A DNA stretch of 64,000 bases, from NCBI GenBank assembly GCA_040437565.1, contig JBDOQK010000030.1, forward strand, positions 1 to 64,000, read 5' to 3'. The translations under genes were made by a program, and so were the position numbers. Source of the DNA: Albugo candida (Eukaryota). How positions within the stretch are numbered: position 1 is the stretch's first letter; the number at the start of each line of letters is the position of its first letter. Below, in pieces: positions 36,481-48,857 of the stretch. The notes under the pieces are model-generated. The model searched no databases. It saw only the letters and a program-made list of their open reading frames with translations, and was not told where the DNA came from.

Positions 36481-38912
36481 GTTATCGATTGATGTCGGGC
36501 CGTGGTCAATAATATCAGCGACGCCATTGCATAAGTAGAATAACGCCCATGGCGAGCGTAGTTTGAATGCAGAAAAGGTGTCTCATTGAAACACATGTGC
36601 ACAAAGAGGGAAATAGGTAGACACATCGATCGACGGCAAGCCGAAAGCTCAATAGCAGCACGTAGCAGTAGCTCTGAAGTGGGGTATAATCATCCAGATG
36701 AAGGACTTTTGTTCGCCATCGAACATGCAATAAAGCTAAGAATGCAAAGATCACTGTGTAGAAGCTGTCAAGCAATGGCTCTGAGAATAGATACTCATTG
36801 TTTACTTACTACTACCGGCGTATGCATTAGCGCGCGTATTCAATAGCCGGCAGACGTTGGGAACATTTATATATCAGAGAAGGTCACTGGATGGAGTAAT
36901 GCTAGCAGTTGTCTCAAGTGAAGACCGACTGAATCATTTCGCCAATTAGAATTGTAATTTTTCGCAGCGGGTAATCGATTGACGTCGAAGAGCTTCTAAT
37001 GTCAATGTGCCATGTGAGTAAGTGGCGTGTCTCCGCAGCCACGCGCACGTGGAGCCTTTATCTCACCAAATGCTTATTTGTGTGCAAAGAAAGAATGCAA
37101 GTGAGATCTCAGTCTCAGATCATTTGTCGTTTGCCTCTTTTCAAAAATACAACAAAGTTTATTGATACGAATACAAAATTTGTAATCGATGCGGCCACGA
37201 ATCTTTGTGGAAGAAATTGTTGCTATTCATGGCTCTTGGATTGAGAGCATTCCTTATAAGGATGTTTGGTGAAGCTAAACACGACATGTTAACAATTACT
37301 CATCAGCATGCGCTAAAAGTACTGCGATATCATCTCCCGGAATGATCGATAGAGATACAAAACAGAATGTGACGCGATGTCAATGTAAGTTTTTTAGATG
37401 TTCAAATAGATGAATTAGTCTGTGTTTATGCGTTTTCTTCCAGCAACCATGCACGCCCTGCAGCTTTAGGAACCAATTAGGAACTTGAGCAAGCAGATGT
37501 TTTACAAAACACTTTCGAGAACAACTGAGAAAAGAAGTCCCGGACAGGCTTTTCACGTGAAAAATCAGGCAAGCGTACGCACGATATTCAAGTTTTGTTA
37601 CAAAGAATGTTGGCGACATCCCACTGCATCTTCCGAAGTAAAAATAAGTCCAGACGACTGTGGAGGCACTAGACCCAAAATCAGGAAAGGTTGATGTAAT
37701 GCAAATTCAAAGATCCGGTCATTACCCATTCGGTCTGCCTTGGCAATGCGTTAGAAAAAGGTGCCTTAAGATCAGCCTATTTGTTCCTGTTTTATCCACT
37801 TTAAGAATGATGCTGCAACATTATCCTCGCTGCCTGTAAATATTGCCTACACATCATAGTATCGAATTCATTGAGATGACATTGGCCGTGAGAAATAAAG
37901 AAAATATGATAGGTCAACGCCAATCCATTCAATGAAGAGATCGCTTTAATTTGAATTCGAGCGGTTCTAATGCGCTTTCATTTCCAGAAGCTTTCTGATG
38001 GGATACGAATACATTCACGTCCAAAGTATTGAGAGACCGCACGTTTTCTGATCTGTTTTCAGACACTTTGATACATTAGTTGCAATGTGATGTGAGCGAG
38101 ACTGCATGACAACAGAGCAAGTTCAGTGCGAGTAAGAGCCGTCTCGTAATAGGACAACGCTTGTTCATATTCTGCTGTAGTCTTTTACAAAGGAAATCGA
38201 CTCATCGTATCTCTTTACTAATCAAGAAGAGTACACCCCCATGTACACAATGNNNNNNNNNNNNNNNNNNNNNNNNNNNNNNNNNNNNNNNNNNNNNNNN
38301 NNNNNNNNNNNNNNNNNNNNNNNNNNNNNNNNNNNNNNNNNNNNNNNNNNNNGTCCAAAGTATTGAGAGACCGCACGTTTTCTGATCTGTTTTCAGACAC
38401 TTTGATACATTAGTTGCAATGTGATGTGAGCGAGACTGCATGACAACAGAGCAAGTTCAGTGCGAGTAAGAGCCGTCTCGTAATAGGACAACGCTTGTTC
38501 ATATTCTGCTGTAGTCTTTTACAAAGGAAATCGACTCATCGTATCTCTTTACTAATCAAGAAGAGTACACCCCCATGTACACAATGAATCAAGCAAAACA
38601 TAACGCCACAATCAAACGTACAAATGAGGTTGGCCCACTCAGCCCGTCTAATTCACAGAGGAACTATTGCGTATGTCGGATGGCGAATGTGTCTCTGGGA
38701 CGATACCACGCTATGATGCTATAAGCTGTCTCAGCCGGCCGAGCTTTTCATAGCTGCCTTTGTCACATACCAACTTGTTCTAGACGCTAAGAGAGCTCAC
38801 GAATTTGGAGCCGTGTAAATGCAGACAAAAGCATTGATGCAGCCAATCTGAGCATCAAAGTCAGAATTAATTAACAACGAGCACTCGTGAAGAAGAAATT
38901 CTGGCGACAATG

Positions 38913-39101
38913 TCACTTACATTTCATTTGGTGGGTTCGGTGAGACATCGATCTCTGATAGATAAAGTGAGCCCGTACCTTTGTCGAAGTATTGGGAGTC
39001 TGGGATGCGTATTGTGACGCGGTTGAATCAGATATGCATAAGAATTTAGCCGCGGCCGTAGAAATAAGCAGGTTGAGAAAACATAAAGCTGGAACTTGCA
39101 T
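38913..39101 (-). CDS. Possible small secreted protein (uncertain, may be spliced)
   Basis: MQVPALCFLNLLISTAAA is signal-peptide-like (AxA cleavage), with a GTACGG donor-like site after ..TSTK. The second copy at 39301-39424 is gap overlap. Confidence 0.25.
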   Translation of the reverse strand: MQVPALCFLNLLISTAAAKFLCISDSTASQYASQTPNTSTKVRAHFIYQRSMSHRTHQMKCK

Positions 39102-39731
39102 CGAGTGATAAAAAGAGATGATGAATTCAGTAAAAGGCTTGGACCAATATGGAGAGCGGAGAAAGAAAGATATTGATGGATAAACACTCTTTTCCACAGA
39201 NNNNNNNNNNNNNNNNNNNNNNNNNNNNNNNNNNNNNNNNNNNNNNNNNNNNNNNNNNNNNNNNNNNNNNNNNNNNNNNNNNNNNNNNNNNNNNNNNNNN
39301 ACCTTTGTCGAAGTATTGGGAGTCTGGGATGCGTATTGTGACGCGGTTGAATCAGATATGCATAAGAATTTAGCCGCGGCCGTAGAAATAAGCAGGTTGA
39401 GAAAACATAAAGCTGGAACTTGCATCGAGTGATAAAAAGAGATGATGAATTCAGTAAAAGGCTTGGACCAATATGGAGAGCGGAGAAAGAAAGATATTGA
39501 TGGATAAACACTCTTTTCCACAGAATTTTGACTTTTTAACCCTTTGATAATACGTTTCAGTCCTGATCCACGCCAGTAGGATCGCTATGCGCAGCAATCC
39601 AACAGCTTAACTTGCTATGCCTTCTTCTAATACATTCATTTATGTCGTCTTTAAGCGGTTATTCAATTGTCCGTCGATAATTCTCCTAAACTAGGCTCAC
39701 ACTCAGTTAGAGTGGTCACAAGTTCCGTAAA

Positions 39732-40381
39732 ATGGTGCGTGGCGCTGTGGTCGCGTTCTCATGATAGCTCACTTTCTATCTCTAGCTCCCTTTATCCCTT
39801 TTACGCGCAGCACAAGGGCATCCAATGCTTGTAGAGCTCAAAAATGGCGACACATACAATGGTCACTTCAAAAATTGTGATACCTGGATGAACATTAATC
39901 TTTGTGACGTCATTTGCACGTCCAAAGTACGATTTCGCTCTAGCGTTGCGTCTGCTTTATTGACACAATTTCTTTATAGGATGGAGACCGTTTTTGGAAG
40001 ATGCCTGAATGCTACATTCGCGGGAATACTGTTAAATACGTTCGTGTTCCCAATGAGGTGTGTGCATTTACGAGACCGAAAGGATTAGTGCTTATACAGT
40101 CTATTTTCTCTGTAGATTTTGGGCTTGGTTCAGGAAGAAGACACAAATAGAAAAGGTTTGAAACGCGTTCGAGTGTCAAGGATACCACTAATCATGTAAT
40201 TAAAGATCGACAGGTGATGAGAGGAAGAGGTCGTGGAGCTCGCGGAGGATTCACAGGAAGAGGGTACGGACGAGGACGGGATTCTAAACAATCGATAGGT
40301 AACGGAGGTGCAGGAGGCCGTGGACGGAATGGTGGAAGGTATGGCGGACGAGGAAATCCTACGCCTGGTCGATCACACTGA
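39732..40381 (+). CDS. LSM4: U6 snRNA-associated Sm-like protein LSm4, 5 exons
   Basis: Exons 39732-39734 (ATG only), 39786-39926, 39980-40057, 40116-40155, 40206-40381 give [48 protein letters not shown].. plus an RGG tail. Confidence 0.95.
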
Positions 40382-40392
40382 GTCTAGACGCG

Positions 40393-42910
40393 TTATCGCA
40401 AACTAGCCTTTTCATTTTGAGCTATTTGATCGATGTCGATACTAGGATCGTGGACGCTTTCTTCGCATTTCGGCCGCCAAAGTAGCGGTGCTGGATAAAA
40501 TATCTTTGCTCTCCAATGGTCTTTCAATAAAAAACGGGATGAGATCCGTTGCAAATCGACGAATTTGCCGAGAGATAACGTCAATGTTTTCGTCGCTCGT
40601 GAGAGCCGAAATCTCCACCAATAATGCTTCTACACGCAAATTTTCAAGGTCCACCATGCGATATTCCTCATTCGGATCCTCTTTCTCCAGCTATCCGTTA
40701 GTATCCGATTAAAAGTGTGAAGGTCTCTTGAGAAGTCGCAAACACAAACCGCTTTGATTCGTGTTGCCTCAATCATGATCCCATCGCCGAGCTGCCAACG
40801 CGTTCCAAGGCGCATGAATTGATACGCCTGTCTAAAGCGAAAAAAAGTGACTCATTCGGATGTGTTGAGACTGAACGCACCGAAATCCCATCATTTGGAG
40901 AAAAGAGCATACATTCTGACTTGTTGAGACGGCAATTTGACTGCGAAAAGGTACTCCCAACGCTAAATTGGTCGCTTGATCGGAAATTTTCTTTTGTTCC
41001 CAGCGACCCAAATAGCGTAGTTCCCTTATTCGTCGATTGTTCAGAAAAATTGAGGGTATACATTACGTATTTATACCATTTTTGAGCCCCATCCAGCGGC
41101 ATTTCAACTATTTCTCCTTGGCATGTAAGCGAGCCTGAAAACACATGCCGCGCACGTACTTCGTAGTGTGGTACACCTTATCGGAGTCAAACTGTGTCAA
41201 AGTTCAACATGAAATAAGGACGACTGACCTTGGATGTAATATGGACACTCTGCATCGAATTTGAAGACGTATTCCTTGTACGCCATGTCTTCCTGCATAA
41301 TGAGGTTGAGTCGCTCATAATTGATACTTTTGTAGGCGCACCTTGACGACGCTCGCACCGCGCAAACCCTGCACACGCTCTACGAACGACGGGAAATCCT
41401 TTAGATTCTACAGAAAGGATGTGCTGTTGAAGAATAGATTCACTGCGCATGCCGATCAATGAGATCCCACCACTTCGCCCTGAAGAACGACTTCAAAACA
41501 TTTGCTACTGCGCGCCATGATTCCACGCCAATTCAATTGTGGCTGTTTTGGATGAATAACCAATCAGAATCCGTTCTGTTATACCGATTAAGCAAAGAAT
41601 TATTGATACGTCACGAAGAGCGAATGTAAATGTGATCACCCAGAAAAAAGCTCTGTTCCTAGTAAAAACAATAGGAATTTCACCTAGAATTGAGTAAGTA
41701 AATAGCTTTTCCATCCGCAGATGTATAAAGGATGGATACAGACTGCCAATCACGCGCGATAGTGAACGACTCATGAGGAAATAGAAAAGCTACCACGCAA
41801 CAGTAGATGAACATTGTCGGATGGAACCTATTAATTTTCGATGAGATGGAATTCCTCGAATAGTTGGGGACTCTCAACACGAAGCATTTTACTAGTGGTA
41901 AAGTATGCACATGCTACTTTAGCTGACAGATTATCTTTCTTGTAGAATTCGCACCAGCGATGTGGAGTGTGCGAGTCTCTATACCATTTTGTACATGCCA
42001 GATATTTTCGAATTATCGCAGATTCACTTACAAGTGATGACATACTACCATTGGATCCTTCACACTCTGACTCCGAGCCTAGTGATGACAAACGATACAT
42101 GCGACGAGTTGACACACACTGGGTGAACAAGGACAACAAGGAGCTTTTGATGCTATCAAAGGATACGCTTCATTGATCAAGAGTTTGTGATAAATTCATG
42201 ATTAGCAACTGGTGGAGTGTCCCGTTCAAAATAAGAATCTAGACATTTTGATGGCTCACTCAGAGTTGGAAAAAAATCTAGCTCTTCCTTGCAAAGGAAA
42301 AATGAGAGGGATGAGTAATGTTACGATATTGGGCGCTGTACGTTGCAATTGAATTGAGTTTGTATGAGTGTAACACTTCCTCCTTAGGTGTATAAAACCT
42401 TCCAGATAAAAGTCTTATTGGGTACTTTAAGCCATATCAAGCTTTGATATGAGAGACCATTTGTTTCTCCGTGTGATGCCAGTAGAGTTTGATAGTATCA
42501 GACAGTACGAAAGCGTGAATGAGATATGTGGGGGATTTTCTCTGAAAGAGTTAGCGTTAGAAGTCTACCGAGGACCAAAGTGAAGTTTTAGTGATAGCGA
42601 AACCCAAAGTGAGTGTTTTGATTTCCAGTGCGTTGACATGAAGCACAAGAAGTCTTGCACGTATAGCCGTCTTGAACATCCGTTCAGAAAGATATAGCAA
42701 AATAAGTTCACCGGCTTGCGTACACGACCAGAATACAAATAAACTAACTCTGATTAGCAGTGCAAGAAGCTGTAATTTTTTCTTTCCAGCGGAAGACCGC
42801 AATATCACCAGACCATTCTCAGACTACTTATCTTGGCTTCTTACACGTCACGACATAGAACATGCAAATGTGCTAAAGAACGAAATGACAACCATTGGAA
42901 GAGAATTCAT
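40393..42910 (-). pseudogene. Chain of overlapping minus-strand ORF fragments, candidate decayed long secreted-protein gene
   Basis: ORFs 42557-42808, 41831-42139, 41680-41910, 41505-41774, 41187-41459, 40773-41144 and 40393-40657 largely tile this strand. The 5' end MNSLPMVVISFFSTFACS is hydrophobic. No family recognised. Confidence 0.35.
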
Positions 42911-43783
42911 AGTACTGCATACGCATACTCTCGAGTATAATCGTGCACGACAAAAGATTTGTGGGGGTCCAAAAAATATGCGAAGAATGCGCATCCATGT
43001 CGCATGAGAAGANNNNNNNNNNNNNNNNNNNNNNNNNNNNNNNNNNNNNNNNNNNNNNNNNNNNNNNNNNNNNNNNNNNNNNNNNNNNNNNNNNNNNNNN
43101 NNNNNNNNNNNNCTTGGCTTCTTACACGTCACGACATAGAACATGCAAATGTGCTAAAGAACGAAATGACAACCATTGGAAGAGAATTCATAGTACTGCA
43201 TACGCATACTCTCGAGTATAATCGTGCACGACAAAAGATTTGTGGGGGTCCAAAAAATATGCGAAGAATGCGCATCCATGTCGCATGAGAAGAGATCACC
43301 AACCAAAGAGCTTGTGCAAGTGATCAAAAATCGATCTCTCAGAGCCCTGTCGTCTCATTTGACCTAACCTACCAATGTATATACTGCCTCGGCATACATT
43401 ACACTAAATAGGCCATGCTGCGCTCGGCGTACATGCCTTCTACATACCGTGTTGTAGTTGTGGTCTCGTAACTCATTGCCATTTAGCTTTTACGCGGTAT
43501 TTCTGCAAATGACCACAATGATACTAAATATTCCCTTTCTAGCAACATATGACNNNNNNNNNNNNNNNNNNNNNNNNNNNNNNNNNNNNNNNNNNNNNNN
43601 NNNNNNNNNNNNNNNNNNNNNNNNNNNNNNNNNNNNNNNNNNNNNNNNNNNNNTTACGCGGTATTTCTGCAAATGACCACAATGATACTAAATATTCCCT
43701 TTCTAGCAACATATGACGTAACGTACACAAATCTTGTCATCCAGGGTTTAATTACTGCTTCCTTATCCTCCTCTACTCATCAA

Positions 43784-45406
43784 ATGGCCGTCGGATGGAT
43801 AGCACCATTCGTATCACTGGTTTTCGTGTCATCGATAAGCTATCTTGCTGTCATTCTATTAATTCCGCCAATTGCCGCACGTCTTTCATTAAAGCTCGCT
43901 GGTAAGGATCTCTGTAAGAAAGGCACACCATCCGGCGATATTGCAATGTACAAAGAGAATTTTCATACCCTTTCTTTACGAAATGTCTAACTTTTTCCCA
44001 GTCCGGAAGCTTTAGGTATCGTTTCTGGGGGAGTGTATGTGCTATCCCTGTTATGCCTCGCCTTGTTCGTAGTTGACGACGTAAAGGTGCAAGTAAGTGT
44101 GTAAACTCTTTGAGACTCGCAATATGTCAACTCAGCTTGCCAATGAATAGCATATGACATTCTGTGGCATACTTTCAATCACACTGATGATCATTTTGGG
44201 AATTTTGGACGATTTCTCCGATCTCCGATGGCGTCACAAGTTACTGTATCCGCCATTGGCGTCTATTCCTCTACTTTTGTACTATCCTGGTGTTACAAGC
44301 GTCGTAATACCCAAGCCGTTTCGATTCATTTTCGAGAAAGATGCTTTGATATCTACCCTTCTTTCCAATTTCTTTTCCATCTCCGATCAAGGCGATATTG
44401 TGGACTTGGGTTGGTTATTTTATGTGTATATGGCAATGATGGCAGTATTTTGCACAAATGCAATCAATATATATGCCGGTGTCAACGGACTTGAAGCTGG
44501 GCAGTCGTGTGTGATAGCGTTCGCCGTTCTGATACAGAATGTTGTTCAACTATATCGTGGTCATGACAATGAGAATAATCACTATCTCTCGCTTATTTTC
44601 ATGCTTCCGTACCTCGCGACTACTTTGGGTTTAGTAAAGCACAATTGGTATCCAGCTCGAGTGTTTGTTGGCGATACATTTTGCTACTACGCCGGTATGT
44701 CGTTTGCCGTCGCGGGTATACTTGGTCATTACAGCAAAACACTCCTTCTGTTTTTCATGCCTCAAGTCATCAATTTTCTGTATTCAATTCCTCAGCTTTG
44801 CAACATTGTTCCATGCCCTCGTCATCGTTTACCAAAGTTNNNNNNNNNNNNNNNNNNNNNNNNNNNNNNNNNNNNNNNNNNNNNNNNNNNNNNNNNNNNN
44901 NNNNNNNNNNNNNNNNNNNNNNNNNNNNNNNNNNNNNNNTCTCGCTTATTTTCATGCTTCCGTACCTCGCGACTACTTTGGGTTTAGTAAAGCACAATTG
45001 GTATCCAGCTCGAGTGTTTGTTGGCGATACATTTTGCTACTACGCCGGTATGTCGTTTGCCGTCGCGGGTATACTTGGTCATTACAGCAAAACACTCCTT
45101 CTGTTTTTCATGCCTCAAGTCATCAATTTTCTGTATTCAATTCCTCAGCTTTGCAACATTGTTCCATGCCCTCGTCATCGTTTACCAAAGTTTAATGCAA
45201 AGTCGGGTCTACTGGAGCCATCAACGATCACGCCAACCTCAAGTCGTTCCAACTTTACTTTGATCAATGCATTCCTTGTTTGGCTAGGACCTACGCACGA
45301 GCGAAACTTGGTGATTTGCTTGCTTCTCTTTCAGGCATTTTGCTGCGTTATCGCGTTCTATATTCGATACGGTCTCAGTCAATACTTGTACGACTTTGTT
45401 CATTAA
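43784..45406 (+). CDS. DPAGT1: UDP-GlcNAc:dolichyl-phosphate GlcNAc-1-phosphotransferase (GPT/ALG7)
   Basis: Introns ~43948-44001 and ~44093-44150. Motifs: [71 protein letters not shown]. 44587-44839 is repeated at 44940-45192 across an N-gap (assembly overlap). Confidence 0.95.
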
Positions 45407-45598
45407 AACGTTAATTCGCTGAATACGACCAATTCGACTATACATTTTTGTGAATGGCACGCCATACGTTGGCTCATCTCATACTCGAGCAAACTTGCAC
45501 TCCTTTGCAGTGAACGTAGATACACAGTGACTCGATACCATGGGAAAATGCATCTTGAGTTCTCTTCTTCCCAATTCAAACCCGAAAGAACCGCTTGG

Positions 45599-48500
45599 TC
45601 AACTGTGGCTTCGATTTTCCGATGAGAAAATATAGTTGAATGAAAATTGACTGAATCTCCGGCTGTTGATATTTTTCTGGTTCACGCTTGGATCATATAA
45701 AGCTGAAGGTGGCCCGTCATCTGTGAATTCGGGATCCACATAGCGTGTATCGGTATCACCCGACAATTTGGGTCGCCAAAAAGCTTTAATTTCGCGTCGT
45801 GCGAGACTTTCCCAATTGATGGACGCAAAAAATGGATTCGATTTGATTTTGTCCACGCCGTGTGTTTCGGAGCATCCGAGTCGCTCGGTAGGATCCTTAC
45901 ACAGAAGCCCACGAGCGAGCTCTAATGCATCTTTTGGGAAATCAGCAGGAAACACGACTTGTTCATTTGCAATGCGCTGCAACATTGTGTGCTCGTTTTC
46001 GTGATAGAAAGGAGACTCGCCAACTAACATCTCATACTGCCAATATGAACATTCAATGAGACAGAAAAAGTGGAGCAAGTGTACTGTCTTACCAGAACAA
46101 CGCCGAGACTCCACCAGTCGTATGCTTTACCGTACTCACGTGTTCCATCGATAGCTTGAGCCAATGCTTCCGGCGCAACATACTCGGCTGTACCTGATAG
46201 AGTTCGCACACCAGAGCTGCTTCCATGAATGTGCTGCTTTGAAAGCCCAAAGTCGACAACAGCAATATGACCTTCATCATCAATCATGATATTAGATGGC
46301 TTCAAGTCTCTATACAGAATGTTCAATTCGTGCAAGTATGATATCGCTAGCACCAATTCAGCAGCGTATAAGCGCGCATCGCGGACACTCAAGTTGCCTC
46401 GTAGATTCAGATGATAAAATAAATCTCCAGCTGCGTAATATTTCATCCCAAGATAGAGTCGCTCATTGGTTTGGAAGGCAAATAAGAGTCCACAAATGTA
46501 CGGATGGTGAATACGTTGCAGAATTTGGCGTTCTTCCATGGCGTTGACCTTGTCAGCTGAATCCATGTTCGTTTTTTTTAATATTTTGATAGCAAATATG
46601 CGACCATCTTTTTTGAAACGAACAAGAATTACTGCTGCAAAACTTCCTTTGCCCAAAACACTAAGCATTTCGAAATCTTGAATCGATAAAGCCTCAACTT
46701 CGCTCTGTTGCTCGGACGAGTCCGCATCGAAGCGGACTTCACTGGATCTAGAACTGCTCAAAGGTTCACGGTTGGTGTTCATTGCCGTAAGATTACTGGC
46801 GTCAGCATCGAGTGAGACTTTCATCTCAAGTTCCTTTGTCTCTTCGTGCACAATAAGTGGCACATCCGAGTGAATCGATTGCTTCTCTCGCGACGTTTCT
46901 GTGGTCTGATAGGTTTCCAACTTGAGACTATCGGCTGACATTGACGCTGAGAATGTCTCAGAAATTGAAGGAATGGGTATAAGTAATTCGTTGTGTGGGC
47001 GACCAATGTGATTTTCGTGATGTATTTGTGCTGCAATTGCTTCTGCCTTGGCCTTTGCCTGAGTAGCTGCTACTGCACCGGCTTTGGCAAAATCCGTATC
47101 ACGTTCAGGTGGCGAGAGAGAAGCAATTAATTGCTCGCTTAACTGACTCCCACCAACGTTTTCATCGTTTCGTTCGACATCGCTTGGCTGTGTCATAAAG
47201 TAATGTTCCAACGCTACTTGAACATTTCCTCCAGCACCATCTAGATATACGCTGAGCACATCTCGAGACACGTCAGGACCGGTGATGCTTGTCATTTGAT
47301 CGATTTTTGCATCTATTTCTGATATCATTTCGCTGGTACAGGAATTACGGAGAGCCTACAAAAGGTGTTATTCATTAGAAGATTCCAAATAGGCAAATGC
47401 ACAGCAAACTCTTACTCTGCTGAGAGATGATCTCGATCGTTTGGGCGAACCGGTCAGGATGACTAACTTTGACGGATCCATCGGATCCCCATCGATTGCG
47501 ATACTCTCCGATGCATTGTCTGTTAGCTTCACGTACATATACAATCTCTGTGATGGCCTAAGCGGTGATAGAAGAAAGAAATCCTAAGTGCTCTGCGCTA
47601 ACAATAATCATGAAGCTAAAATTTCACGCACGTTTTGATGCGTTCCATACTCAAAAAGTAGCGATTATGATTGAAAGTTCCAGCGCCACCTGGTCGTTCC
47701 GCTCGAAGAACTAGCTCTTTATCCTTCCACTTGTAACTAGTCAGAAAGAAATACTCGCCAGGCCGCAAGTATCGTCCCAGAGGAAGTCCTCGAATGACGA
47801 ATTTGGATCGATCATCATCGGACGGTTGTTTCCATTGTAACATTCTCCGATTTGAATATAGCTGGCCAATTGGCCGTAGCCATAAACCATCACATTCCAA
47901 CGTGACAACATCGCCGTTCATAAGATACGGAAAGTGAAAATCTGTAGTTGCAGTGTTTTCCACGTAAGGAGAATTTGGTGCTGCGCGCTTCATGCCACCC
48001 ATTTTCTTCCATAATCTCTTCCGTAATATAATCGACGAGTTCTTATCATTATTAGGCGTCAAGACTTCGTATACTCCCGACCCAGCAGTGAGATGTGCGT
48101 TACATCCTTCTACTTTACTAATCGTTCCGGGAAGATAACGTGCATGCAGATTGACACGTAAGCCCGAGTGTATGAATGTGGAGTAAGATTTCTTCGAGTC
48201 GTTGGGATGTCTCGATATGGCTGCAACATTTGCCACATTTTCGCTGACTTGTTGCATCGGTGCAACTTCCATAAAGTAGTAATTGATAGCGTCGCTAACA
48301 TCAAAAGCACACGTGTGGAGACATGTGAGTATGACACTTTTCGGGACATGTTCTCCAAGAATAGTACGCATCAAGTCAACGTCATTATCAGCTTCGGATA
48401 TACTTTCATCCACAGATGCAGCTTGGGATTGTGTCTCCTGCATTGGGTGAGTAGAGGTGTCGTGCTCACTCGAAAGCACGACAGAGTGAGACTGGACGAT

Positions 48501-48857
48501 TTTCAGATTGGATAAAGCCTACCCAATCACAGTCATACTATCGAAATGGCGTACAGCGTGACCGATCAGGTTTGTTGGATTGTCTAAATATGGTGTCCAA
48601 ATAACATTTGCACTTGTGTGAAAGGTAGTATCCGACTTGAGTAAGAATGACGTTCTTGGGGATGAGTGGGTCTTGACGACTTTCACTTTATCCAATAAAC
48701 ATTTTGATATGATTTCTGGCAAATGCAAGACCGAACAAATGGTCTTAAAAAGACGAACTGAACATGGATCAATCCCTATATCCACTGTAGTCTCCATACC
48801 GTCTATTTCTACGCGTACTGCATGGATTATCGTGGAAGCAAACAAAACAGGCAGCAT
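45599..48857 (-). CDS. AGC-group Ser/Thr kinase (Akt/SGK/S6K-like) with two N-terminal UBA/CUE-like modules
   Basis: Catalytic motifs LGKGSFA, FAIKIL, YRDLKPSN, DFGLSK, GTAEYVAPE, DWWSLG; AGC tail DTRYVDPEF and hydrophobic motif FSQFSF. In-frame splicing links 48491-47633, ~47559-47416, ~47355-46093 and ~46036-45599. Exon 1 (48857-48555, via a 63-nt GTACGC..CAG intron) is tentative; an alternative start is the ATG at 48443. Confidence 0.88.

Noticed and set aside
44587-45192. Internal duplication or frameshift in DPAGT1
   Set aside because: Exact overlap across an N-gap; collapsing it gives a normal continuous reading frame.
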